Part shown: positions 28,542 to 36,572 of the stretch, piece by piece
Numbering within the stretch: position 1 is the first letter of the stretch
Layout: each line of letters begins with the position of its first letter
DNA from: an uncultured Gammaproteobacteria bacterium
Lineage (GTDB): Bacteria > Patescibacteriota > Patescibacteriia > CAZSQN01
DNA: 64,000 nucleotides
NCBI GenBank assembly: GCA_964609095.1
Contig: CAZSQN010000003.1
Span: 12,687 to 76,686 of the forward strand
Reading direction: 5' to 3'
Position numbers and translations under genes: made by a program
Notes under the pieces: generated by a model
The model's input: only the letters and a program-made list of their open reading frames with translations
The model's database searches: none
What the model was told of the DNA's origin: nothing

Positions 28542-28606
28542 CCGTCTCAAAAATTATTCAAGTATTACTCTTGACAATCATAATGATTATTTGCTATACT
28601 AAACAT

Positions 28607-28670
28607 AGTTGATGAGGCGAGTTCCTACTCTAAGTTAGAACTCCGGAAAACCGCAGAAATGCGGTTTTTT
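28607..28670 (+). ncRNA. Partner sRNA 2, antisense to the loop of tRNA-like RNA 2
   Basis: Promoter TTGACA-18-TGcTATACT (28571-28600); 5' GTTGATGAGGCGAG; hairpin GAGTTC..GAACTC; GAAA-loop terminator + U-tract. Confidence 0.7.
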
Positions 28671-28738
28671 GGTCTTCTAAATCTCATCTTCACTCGCCCC
28701 CGCCCGACTCCTAAGGTTTTGTAATAGTCTTTGGACAT
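28671..28738 (-). pseudogene. dnaJ: Degenerate duplicate of the dnaJ 5' end
   Basis: 36/38 nt identical to 28381-28418; homology continues to 28350 with a 1-nt deletion and a TAG. Confidence 0.85.
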
Positions 28739-28743
28739 TTCTA

Positions 28744-29457
28744 TTATTTTACCAAATCTATTATTTTTTCTATTGTTTGGGCTAATAGTTTAGATTCATG
28801 CTCTATCCATATAATATCCTTATAACCGGTAAACAGCTCCATTTGTCTATTTATATATCGCAAACATCTTTCTAATATTTTCTGTTTCGCGGTTTCAAAA
28901 TCAATCTCTTTATCCAAATAACTTACAAGCGGAACTACGGCATGGCCGTCTTGCATTACAAGCGTATCTCTATATTTCTTTAAATTTTGAGCGATCTCTT
29001 CAAGCAAACCTTCCTTGAAGGCCAGTTCAACTCTTTGGCTAATCTTCTTCTCTATATCAAAATTGGAGGGAAACTTTAATCCGATAATTTTACAGACTTT
29101 CATTTGTCGATTCAACCGATAGAAGTCCGAAAAATAGGTAGTAGAACCGCCCTCTATTATAGGCACTCCGCCGCTCTTAATAATTTCTAAACACTTATCT
29201 ATCACCATTTCAGAATATTTTATCGGATCAATAATATCTTCATCTGGTTCTAAAAGTTCATAGAGATGTTTCTTAACATCTTTTTCTTTCAGAGTATCCG
29301 ACAATCCCGAACTAATAGGAAAATGCTTAAAAAGATATATCTTATCGAGATTAATAACCTCTCCGTTACCCAGTTGTCTCGCAAGCGCAAAAGCAACAGA
29401 AGTTTTTCCAACTCCAGTAGGTCCAATTATAGCAATCGCGCCTTTGGTCTTGAGCAT
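28744..29457 (-). CDS. Short IPT/MiaA-family dimethylallyltransferase (237 aa)
   Basis: GPTGVGKT, NLDKIYLF, IEGGSTTY; start at MLKTKG; AT-rich. Confidence 0.75.
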   Translation of the reverse strand: MLKTKGAIAIIGPTGVGKTSVAFALARQLGNGEVINLDKIYLFKHFPISSGLSDTLKEKDVKKHLYELLEPDEDIIDPIKYSEMVIDKCLEIIKSGGVPIIEGGSTTYFSDFYRLNRQMKVCKIIGLKFPSNFDIEKKISQRVELAFKEGLLEEIAQNLKKYRDTLVMQDGHAVVPLVSYLDKEIDFETAKQKILERCLRYINRQMELFTGYKDIIWIEHESKLLAQTIEKIIDLVK

Positions 29458-29488
29458 TAATGGTAAATTATCTATAAACTGTAGGTTT

Positions 29489-31402
29489 TTATTCCTTCTC
29501 TTTAAACTCCGCATCCACGGTCTTTTTGTCGCCACCGTCTTCCTTTTTCTCTTCGGAAGCTGGCGCGCTTGTAGCGGCGTTGGCTTGGCTGTATAATTCC
29601 GCGCCGACTTTTTGCGATACGGTTGCCAGTTCATCTGCCGCCTTTTTCATAGCCGCGCCGTCTTCGCCTGCAAGCGTTTTCTTAAGCTCGACAAGTTTTT
29701 CTTCTATGGCCTTTTTATCATCTTCCTTGATTTTGTCCGCGTGCTCCTTGAGCATTTTCTCCGTGGTATAGCCAACCGTCTCGGCCAAATTCTTGGTCTC
29801 AATCAATTCTTTCTTTTTCTTATCCTCGTCCGCGTGCAGCTCCGCGTCATGCTTCATTTTCTCAATTTCTTCTTTGGAAAGTCCGGAAGAAGCAGTAATG
29901 GTTATTTTCTGTTCTTTATTTGTGGCTTTGTCCTTGGCTTTTACGTTCAAAATTCCGTTCGCGTCCAAGTCAAAAGAAACCTCCACCTGCGGCATGCCGC
30001 GCGGCGCCGGAGGAATCCCGTCCAAAATAAATCTGCCCAAGGTCTTGTTGTCAGAGGCCATGGAGCGTTCGCCCTGCAAAACATGGATTTCCACCGAGGT
30101 TTGTCCGTCGGCGGCAGTTGAAAAAACTTGCGATTTGGAAGTCGGGATAGTTGTGTTTCTGGTTATAAGCGGGGTCATTACCGAACCCAATGTCTCAATG
30201 CCAAGCGAAAGCGGGGTTACATCCAGTAGCAAGAGTTCGCCCTTGATGTCGCCCTGCAAATTTCCCGCCTGTACCGCGGCTCCAATGGCCACCACTTCGT
30301 CAGGATTTACGGAAACATTGGGCTTTTTGCCAAAAAACTTTTCAACAGACGACTGCACAAGAGGCATTCTGGTCATTCCGCCGACAAGGATAATTTCGTT
30401 AATGGCGCCGGCTGTAAGCTTGGCGTCTTCCAAGGCCTTGCGGCAGGGAGCCATGGTTTTCTCCACCAAGTCCCCGACCAGCTCTTCCAGCTTGGCGCGG
30501 GTCATCTTCATTACCAAATGCTTTGGCCCGTTGGCGTCGGAGGTGATAAACGGCTGGTTTATCTCCGTCTCCATTGTGGAAGAAAGCTCAATCTTGGCTT
30601 TTTCCGCCGCCTCTTTAATGCGCTGCAAGGCGAGCGGGTCCTTGCTCAAATCAATTCCTTCGGTTTTTTTAAATTCGTCAACAATCCAGACAATCACGCG
30701 CTGGTCAAAATCGTCTCCGCCCAGGTGCGTGTCGCCGTTGGTGGCTTTGACCTCAACCGTGTTCTGGTTCGCGGCCGCGTCAAAAGCGATCTCCAGCACG
30801 GAAATGTCAAAAGTTCCTCCGCCCAAATCGTAAACAACAATTTTCTCGTCTTTCTTTCTGTCAAAGCCGTAAGCCAAAGCCGCTGCCGTTGGCTCGTTTA
30901 AAATGCGCCTGACTTTGAGTCCGGCGATCTCTCCCGCGTCTTTGGTCGCCTGGCGCTGGGAGTCGTCAAAATAAGCCGGAACGGTAATAACCGCTTCCGT
31001 TATCTTTTCTCCCAAGCGCTCTTCGGCATCGGCTTTTAATTTTTGCAAAACCATAGCAGAAATTTCCTGCGGAGTATATTCCTTGTCTCCCATTTTAATC
31101 TTCACGCCTTCCCCCGCCTTCACAATTTCGTAAGGCATTAATTTTTTGTCGCGCTCCACTTCGCTGTCTCCCCAGCGCCTTCCGATAAGGCGCTTGATGG
31201 ATGAAAGCGTGTTCTTGGGATTGACAACCGCCTGGCGCTTGGCAAGCAAGCCCACGAGTTTTTCGCCTGTTTTGGAGGTAGCGACAATGGAAGGCGTTGT
31301 TCTTGCGCCTTCTTTATTTTCCAAAACCTTGGGCGCGCCGCCCTCTACGACCGCCACGCAAGAGTTAGTCGTACCTAAATCTATTCCGAGTATTTTTGGC
31401 AT
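29489..31402 (-). CDS. dnaK: Chaperone DnaK
   Basis: [23 protein letters not shown]. Confidence 0.98.
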   Translation of the reverse strand: MPKILGIDLGTTNSCVAVVEGGAPKVLENKEGARTTPSIVATSKTGEKLVGLLAKRQAVVNPKNTLSSIKRLIGRRWGDSEVERDKKLMPYEIVKAGEGVKIKMGDKEYTPQEISAMVLQKLKADAEERLGEKITEAVITVPAYFDDSQRQATKDAGEIAGLKVRRILNEPTAAALAYGFDRKKDEKIVVYDLGGGTFDISVLEIAFDAAANQNTVEVKATNGDTHLGGDDFDQRVIVWIVDEFKKTEGIDLSKDPLALQRIKEAAEKAKIELSSTMETEINQPFITSDANGPKHLVMKMTRAKLEELVGDLVEKTMAPCRKALEDAKLTAGAINEIILVGGMTRMPLVQSSVEKFFGKKPNVSVNPDEVVAIGAAVQAGNLQGDIKGELLLLDVTPLSLGIETLGSVMTPLITRNTTIPTSKSQVFSTAADGQTSVEIHVLQGERSMASDNKTLGRFILDGIPPAPRGMPQVEVSFDLDANGILNVKAKDKATNKEQKITITASSGLSKEEIEKMKHDAELHADEDKKKKELIETKNLAETVGYTTEKMLKEHADKIKEDDKKAIEEKLVELKKTLAGEDGAAMKKAADELATVSQKVGAELYSQANAATSAPASEEKKEDGGDKKTVDAEFKEKE

Positions 31403-31407
31403 AATTT

Positions 31408-31482
31408 TAGCTTTAAGTTATAAGTTTTAAGCTATAAGCTTATGGCCTATGGCTTACGGCTTATGGCTTATGGCTTATGGCT
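31408..31482. repeat. Heptamer tandem repeats (TATAAGC / TTATGGC)
   Basis: About 10 degenerate 7-mers between grpE and dnaK. Confidence 0.8.
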
Positions 31483-31484
31483 AA

Positions 31485-31952
31485 TTATTTACTTATTATT
31501 ACTTTTGCCGACCGCAATATCTCATTTTGATATTTATATCCGGCTTGTATTTCTTTTAAGATTGTTCCCGACTCTCCCCCATCCTCGCTTCCCGCAGCTT
31601 CATGCAAATTTGGATCAAATTGCTCTCCGACGCACTTCATTTCCTCCACCCCAAACTGCTTTAACAATTCCTCCAGCTCCTTTTTAATAAGCAGGACTCC
31701 GGAAACCCATCCTTTTTCCATATCTTCTTTTGGAATATGGGCCATTGCCTCGCGGAAATGGTCCAGCGACGGAAGGAACGAAAGAATCACCGTTTGCGCG
31801 CCATATTTTAAAGAATCTGCGGCCGCGCGCTCCATTTGCTTTTTCAGATTCTGGTAATCCGCCATCGCCCGCTTCCATCCCAAAAGATATTCTTCATTTT
31901 GTTTTTTTAATTGTTCTAAATCTGGTTGTGAATTGTTTTCTTCCATAGCCAA
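31485..31952 (-). CDS. grpE: Nucleotide exchange factor GrpE
   Basis: RAMADYQN, FDPNLHEA, GY...LRSAKV. Confidence 0.95.
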   Translation of the reverse strand: MAMEENNSQPDLEQLKKQNEEYLLGWKRAMADYQNLKKQMERAAADSLKYGAQTVILSFLPSLDHFREAMAHIPKEDMEKGWVSGVLLIKKELEELLKQFGVEEMKCVGEQFDPNLHEAAGSEDGGESGTILKEIQAGYKYQNEILRSAKVIISK

Positions 31953-31953
31953 A

Positions 31954-32020
31954 GCGTTTAGCGATTAGCGTATAGCGTTTAGTTTTTACCCTAAACCCTA
32001 AACGCTAAACCCTATACCCT
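31954..32020. repeat. Heptamer inverted arrays (GCGTTTA / CCCTAAA)
   Basis: Seen directly between hrcA and grpE. Confidence 0.8.
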
Positions 32021-32713
32021 TAAATCACGAAGCATCTTGCGCGCATAGGAAATTAATGAATAATTACGGTCGTAGTTCATCCGAAGCGAACCCAAGACCC
32101 CTAAAATTCCCGACTCGTCTCCGGTATTAAAACGGGTGACAATGGTTCCGCAGCGGTCTCCGAATGGGCTCTCATGACCGACCAAAATCTGGATGTTATC
32201 AGGAACAGTTCCCCAGAGCGCCGCCATCACTTCGTCCAGCTTGTCCATGATTTCGGAAAAATCGCGCATAAACGCGGCTTCGGCAAATTCCGGTTTGGCA
32301 AAAAGCGCGCCAAAGCCCGTTGAATAATAATGCCGGGGAGTTAGTCCGACGATCACGGCTTCGCCCGTATTTACGGCCAAAAACTTGGCCACTGATTTTA
32401 AAAGCTCTTCCCTGTCGTCTTCTTTGGCCGCTTTCTGCCTGAATTCTTCCAGTTGCTTAACCTTTGTCTGTTTGGGCGAAAGAAAATTTTGAATGTAATA
32501 ACGGTAGCCGGTTTCGGTGGGCACGCGTCCGGCGCTCGTGTGCGGCGCAACAATAAATCCCCCTTCTTCCAGCTCAGCCATATCATTTCTAATCGTTGCC
32601 GGAGACACGCCGAACCGATATTTCTGAACGATAAAATTGGAGCCGACCGGCTCTGCCGTCCGCACGTATTCCTGAACTATGGCTTTTAACAATTGCTCCT
32701 GGCGAGTATCCAT
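32012..32713 (-). CDS. hrcA: Heat-inducible repressor HrcA (short form)
   Basis: EPVGS, SPATIRNDM, PHTSAGRVPT, RMNY. Confidence 0.93.
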   Translation of the reverse strand: MDTRQEQLLKAIVQEYVRTAEPVGSNFIVQKYRFGVSPATIRNDMAELEEGGFIVAPHTSAGRVPTETGYRYYIQNFLSPKQTKVKQLEEFRQKAAKEDDREELLKSVAKFLAVNTGEAVIVGLTPRHYYSTGFGALFAKPEFAEAAFMRDFSEIMDKLDEVMAALWGTVPDNIQILVGHESPFGDRCGTIVTRFNTGDESGILGVLGSLRMNYDRNYSLISYARKMLRDLRV

Positions 32714-32731
32714 ATTTTCAATATAATATAA

Positions 32732-32758
32732 TTAGCACTCTACTGTCAAGAGTGCTAA
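32732..32758. promoter_or_regulatory. CIRCE element
   Basis: Perfect TTAGCACTC-N9-GAGTGCTAA upstream of hrcA. Confidence 0.97.
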
Positions 32759-32785
32759 TTTAGACCCGTTTTAATCCTATTTTAT

Positions 32786-33352
32786 CTATCGTGATTGGCT
32801 TATCTCAGACAAAAGAACATTTTCCACTATAATCCCGCGCGGGAAAAAGATGCGGGCAAGCTCATTTTTAAGGTCAATCTCCACCGAATCGCGGCGAAGC
32901 GAGGTGATATCCGGCTCATTGTAGCGCGAAGCAATCATGCGCACCCGGCTCTGAATTGTCGGCCGCACGATTTTGGCCACAAAGTCCTCGCCGATATTTT
33001 GCCAAATAGTGGGAATCTGATTTATGTCAAGCCGCAATAAAATAGTTCCCTCAACGTGAATTCTCTTCCCGTCAAGCGTTTGGGCGGAGATAGGCACATC
33101 GCCCATGGCCCGCACTTGTTCGGGGTCAAAATTGCGGTTAACGCCGTATTCCAACGTCTGCGTGTTAAAAAGTTTTGCCTTTTGCCAAAAAGGAATTTTA
33201 AGGTGAAGGCCCGGGGTCATCACCTTTTTAAGCACCCCCTGTCCCAAGTCATAAACGCAGGCAACATAACCCGGCGGGACATAAATAAACAGTCCCTTGA
33301 TTACGTCTTCCATCACGAAGGAATAAACGATTTTATCCAATGAATCAGCCAT
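32786..33352 (-). CDS. SPFH/prohibitin-domain protein
   Basis: VPPGY, PGLHLKIPF, GIIVENVLL. Start uncertain (ORF track extends to TTG 33439). Confidence 0.8.
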   Translation of the reverse strand: MADSLDKIVYSFVMEDVIKGLFIYVPPGYVACVYDLGQGVLKKVMTPGLHLKIPFWQKAKLFNTQTLEYGVNRNFDPEQVRAMGDVPISAQTLDGKRIHVEGTILLRLDINQIPTIWQNIGEDFVAKIVRPTIQSRVRMIASRYNEPDITSLRRDSVEIDLKNELARIFFPRGIIVENVLLSEISQSR

Positions 33353-33460
33353 AGCTCGCTTTCCGGCCTCACTTATGTTCGGACTCAATTCTTCGTCCTC
33401 ACTTTCGTTCGGCCGCCGCTCGCTTCTGCGTCTATACAATAGACGCAGCTACATTAAGGT

Positions 33461-34147
33461 TTAATCCGTCGCTTCCTTAACCCATTTTATACCATGTTTC
33501 AGAAAGATAATCATAAAAGAAAAGAGCATTGATGTCAAGATAAAAAGCGACTTGGCCATAGGCAACGCCGCGAGCACCAAAAATGTCAAAAACGGAAAAC
33601 CAAAAGCATACCACACGTCGGAAGTCGCCACTTTTTTGCCAACATGAGTTAATCTGATTTCCAAAAAAAGAAGTACGGCCACCGCCGCGCTCCAACGCCA
33701 GTCCTGATGCGCGATATTAAAAGAAAAAAACTGCGTGTTCACGTAATCGGGGCGCGCGACCCAGCTATAGAGCTCGCGCATCTGCGGCGCGTTAAACCCG
33801 CCCAAGAATACCTGATAAAGCAAAATAAGCATCAAGCCCTGAATAGAGAGTGAAAACGCTTTGGACCAATAATTCACTTTATTCTCGCGCAAAAGCGAAC
33901 GGATGCGCTCCTTTTTTTCTTCAGAATCGTTTTTAAACCGTTCGCTGATTTTGGCGATCTGGCTTTCTATTTTGGCATATTTGTCTTTGCTCTTCTCGGA
34001 AGCGATGGAGAGCGGCAAAAGCAAAACGCGCAAAATAACGGTTAAAAAAATAACGGCTACGGCAAGCGAGCCGCCCGCCAAACCGTTATAGAGATAAATA
34101 AGAAAATTTAGGAGGGGAAGATAAAGAAAATTGTGCCAGATAAACAT
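33461..34147 (-). CDS. yidC: YidC/Oxa1 membrane protein insertase
   Basis: YLPLLN, TVILRVLLLPL, coiled hairpin, IQGLMLILLYQVF. Confidence 0.8.
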   Translation of the reverse strand: MFIWHNFLYLPLLNFLIYLYNGLAGGSLAVAVIFLTVILRVLLLPLSIASEKSKDKYAKIESQIAKISERFKNDSEEKKERIRSLLRENKVNYWSKAFSLSIQGLMLILLYQVFLGGFNAPQMRELYSWVARPDYVNTQFFSFNIAHQDWRWSAAVAVLLFLEIRLTHVGKKVATSDVWYAFGFPFLTFLVLAALPMAKSLFILTSMLFSFMIIFLKHGIKWVKEATD

Positions 34148-34154
34148 AGTTAAT

Positions 34155-34379
34155 TGGTACCTCCAACCGGATTTTCCGCCCAAGGCGGACTGCGCTGACC
34201 CCACACTTTTCCTTAGCCCCAACCGGATTTGAACCGGTGTTCTTGCGTTGAGAACGCAATGTCCTAGACCGGGCTAGACGATGGGGCCATGGAAAAGTGT
34301 GGGGCAAGGAACGCGGTGCGAAGTCCCGTACCGAGCTTGCTCTGGTGCGGGATGCCAGACCGGGCTAGACGATGGAGGC
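34155..34379 (-). pseudogene. Split tRNA-Glu shell enclosing palindromes and an intact tRNA-Glu
   Basis: 5' GCCTCCATCGTCTAGCCCGGTCT (34357-34379) and 3' AAATCCGGTTGGAGGTACCA (34155-34174) form a matching acceptor stem with encoded CCA. Confidence 0.7.
34214..34288 (-). tRNA. tRNA-Glu(CTC)
   Basis: GGCCCCA/TGGGGCT, TTGCG-TTCTCAA-CGCAA, ACCGG-TTCAAAT-CCGGT. Confidence 0.95.
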
Positions 34380-34495
34380 ATCATATTTAACTCATACCCT
34401 ACCAGATTTTTCATTTTTTGAAAAGAAAGATTAATTTGACCCCCGCGCGCCAAACGGATACTATTAAATTGTTCTTTCAACAAAAAGGAGTCGAG

Positions 34496-35215
34496 GTGAA
34501 AACCGCAAAAACATTCTTGGCCATTCTGGGATTTGCCGCGGCTGCGGCCGCGCTCATCCTGCATTTTTACAATCCATTTTCCTCTCCGCCCTGGCGGCTT
34601 GAACGGGCGGCGTCAAACAATCGCGCCACCGTTCACATTGTAAATATAACGCAGACAAGTTTGGGTTCGGGGGTCGTCATCTCCCAAAACGGCGTCGTGC
34701 TTACGGCTATGCATATGGCCAATCCCGGGGACTTGCTTTTTGTCATCACCCATGAAAACGCCAAACCCGCCTACCACCTTGCGTCAGTCGGCATTGCCGA
34801 CAAACAATCGCAGCTGGCGATTCTTTTTACCAGAGACGCTCTGCCGCCGCCGGCGCGAATTGGCCGCACCAATTCTCTCCAAATCGGCGATTTCATCTAC
34901 AGCATTGGTTTTCCCGGCAATATGGCGAGAACAGTTACGAGCTTCGGCATTGTTTCTCAAAAATTCTTTTTCCCTCCTCAAAAGCCGCGGCGGCGCGCCA
35001 TCCTGGTTGACCTTGATCCCGTGCCGGGAATGAGCGGTTCCCCGGTTTTTAACAGCCGCGGGGAGCTTGTCGGCATTTTTGAAGCCGCTACGGGACAGAT
35101 GACCATGGGCGGCATCAGGCGCTGGGGAGTTATGAACTCCATTGACCCGCTTTCCAGCATCATCAGAAAACAGCTGGCCGCTTCCGGCCTGCCGGTTCCG
35201 GAAACGGTCAGATAA
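34496..35215 (+). CDS. Trypsin-like (S1C) serine protease without PDZ
   Basis: GSGVVI, LTAMH, PGMSGSPVFN; GTG start after AGGAG; N-terminal TM. Confidence 0.8.
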   Translation: MKTAKTFLAILGFAAAAAALILHFYNPFSSPPWRLERAASNNRATVHIVNITQTSLGSGVVISQNGVVLTAMHMANPGDLLFVITHENAKPAYHLASVGIADKQSQLAILFTRDALPPPARIGRTNSLQIGDFIYSIGFPGNMARTVTSFGIVSQKFFFPPQKPRRRAILVDLDPVPGMSGSPVFNSRGELVGIFEAATGQMTMGGIRRWGVMNSIDPLSSIIRKQLAASGLPVPETVR

Positions 35216-35266
35216 ACAAAATCCGCCCAAAAGGCGGATTTTTTAAAAACGGTAAAAGCTATAAGC

Positions 35267-36547
35267 TTATTCACGAACTAAAATCTCTTCCGCCTTCTCC
35301 GGCTCGGCCATAAGCTCCAAAACAGCTTTTTCCATACGCATTCCGCGCGAGCCCTTGATTAAAATAACATCACCCGTCTTAATTCTCTCTTGCGCGAACA
35401 ATCCGGCCTCTTCCGATATTCCAAAATGAAATACTTTTCCCTCATCCATTCCGGCTTCTTTAGCCGCTTTCATGATTTCCGCGCCAAGCTCTCCAACGCA
35501 AATCAAGACGTCAACGCCCAATTCCACGGCACGGCGGCCAATTTCAATATGATAATTAACGCTTTCGCTCCCAAGCTCCAGCATATCGCCCAAAATAGCG
35601 TAATGTTTATTGTTTTCGGCAATGGGAACGGCCGCGAGCTCCTCCATGGCCTTGTTCATCGCGGCCGGCGAAGCGTTATACGAATCATCAATCAGCAAAG
35701 TATGCTTTATTCCCGGAATAAGCCGCATCCTGCCCGGAAGCGGCGCGTAACCGTGCAGGCCCTCAACAATGTCATGATAATTTAATCCAAACGCCGCTCC
35801 GCAGGCGGCGCCGGAAGCAGCCGCCAGCGCGTGGCTCCTCCCCAGTACGCCGTCAATATGCACCGGCAGAACCGAACCGTCGGCGTAAAGCTTAAAAGCG
35901 ATTCCGCGAACCTGTTCTTCAATAAATTCTCCCGGCGCGGCAAAAATCATAATTTCTCCGGCCATGATGTCTCCGTTTTCCGTTCCGTAGGAAATTATTT
36001 TTCTCTTTATTTTTTTTATCTCCTCCGCGACCGACGGGTCATCGGCGTTGCCGATGACTGTTCCGTTCGGGCGGACTCCGGCCCACAATTGCAGTTTCTC
36101 TTTCCGCACTTCGGAGAGCGAAATAAATTTTTCAAGATGAACCGGCGTTATGGCCGTGATAATCGCCGCGTGCGGCGCCGCGATATCAGCCAATTTTTTA
36201 ATGTCTCCCGGCCGGTCAGCTCCCATTTCTAAAATCAAAACATCGGGGTAGCTGTGGTCGGTTGCCGCGAGAAGCTTGACGGTCCGCAATATTACTCTTA
36301 TCCATTTCAAAACAGATCTGCCGGGCGCGGGCAAATCAAGGATGGTAAGCGGCGCGCCTATCTCGGTATTATAATTGCTTCTGCTTGCCCGGACCACAAG
36401 CGAGCGCCGCAAAACCGCAAAAGCGGCTTCTTTTGCCGAACTCTTGCCAACCGTGCCGGTGATGGCGACTATTTTGGGCTGGTACTTTTTAAGTACCGCC
36501 TTGGCGCAAATGGCTAAAAATTTAATTGCCAGTTTTTTCATAACCAC
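35267..36547 (-). CDS. murF: UDP-MurNAc-tripeptide--D-Ala-D-Ala ligase
   Basis: ITGTVGKSS, LEMGAD, DDSYNASP, GDMLELG, KGSRG. Confidence 0.93.
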   Translation of the reverse strand: MVMKKLAIKFLAICAKAVLKKYQPKIVAITGTVGKSSAKEAAFAVLRRSLVVRASRSNYNTEIGAPLTILDLPAPGRSVLKWIRVILRTVKLLAATDHSYPDVLILEMGADRPGDIKKLADIAAPHAAIITAITPVHLEKFISLSEVRKEKLQLWAGVRPNGTVIGNADDPSVAEEIKKIKRKIISYGTENGDIMAGEIMIFAAPGEFIEEQVRGIAFKLYADGSVLPVHIDGVLGRSHALAAASGAACGAAFGLNYHDIVEGLHGYAPLPGRMRLIPGIKHTLLIDDSYNASPAAMNKAMEELAAVPIAENNKHYAILGDMLELGSESVNYHIEIGRRAVELGVDVLICVGELGAEIMKAAKEAGMDEGKVFHFGISEEAGLFAQERIKTGDVILIKGSRGMRMEKAVLELMAEPEKAEEILVRE

Positions 36548-36572
36548 TAATTAAAGATGAGATTTATGGTAA

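Noticed and set aside
29458-29634. N-terminal extension of the IPT-like ORF
   Set aside because: It overlaps the dnaK 3' end in another frame; the real start is probably ATG 29457.
29793-30833. Long antisense ORFs opposite dnaK, ftsI and other genes
   Set aside because: Typical shadow ORFs caused by codon bias.
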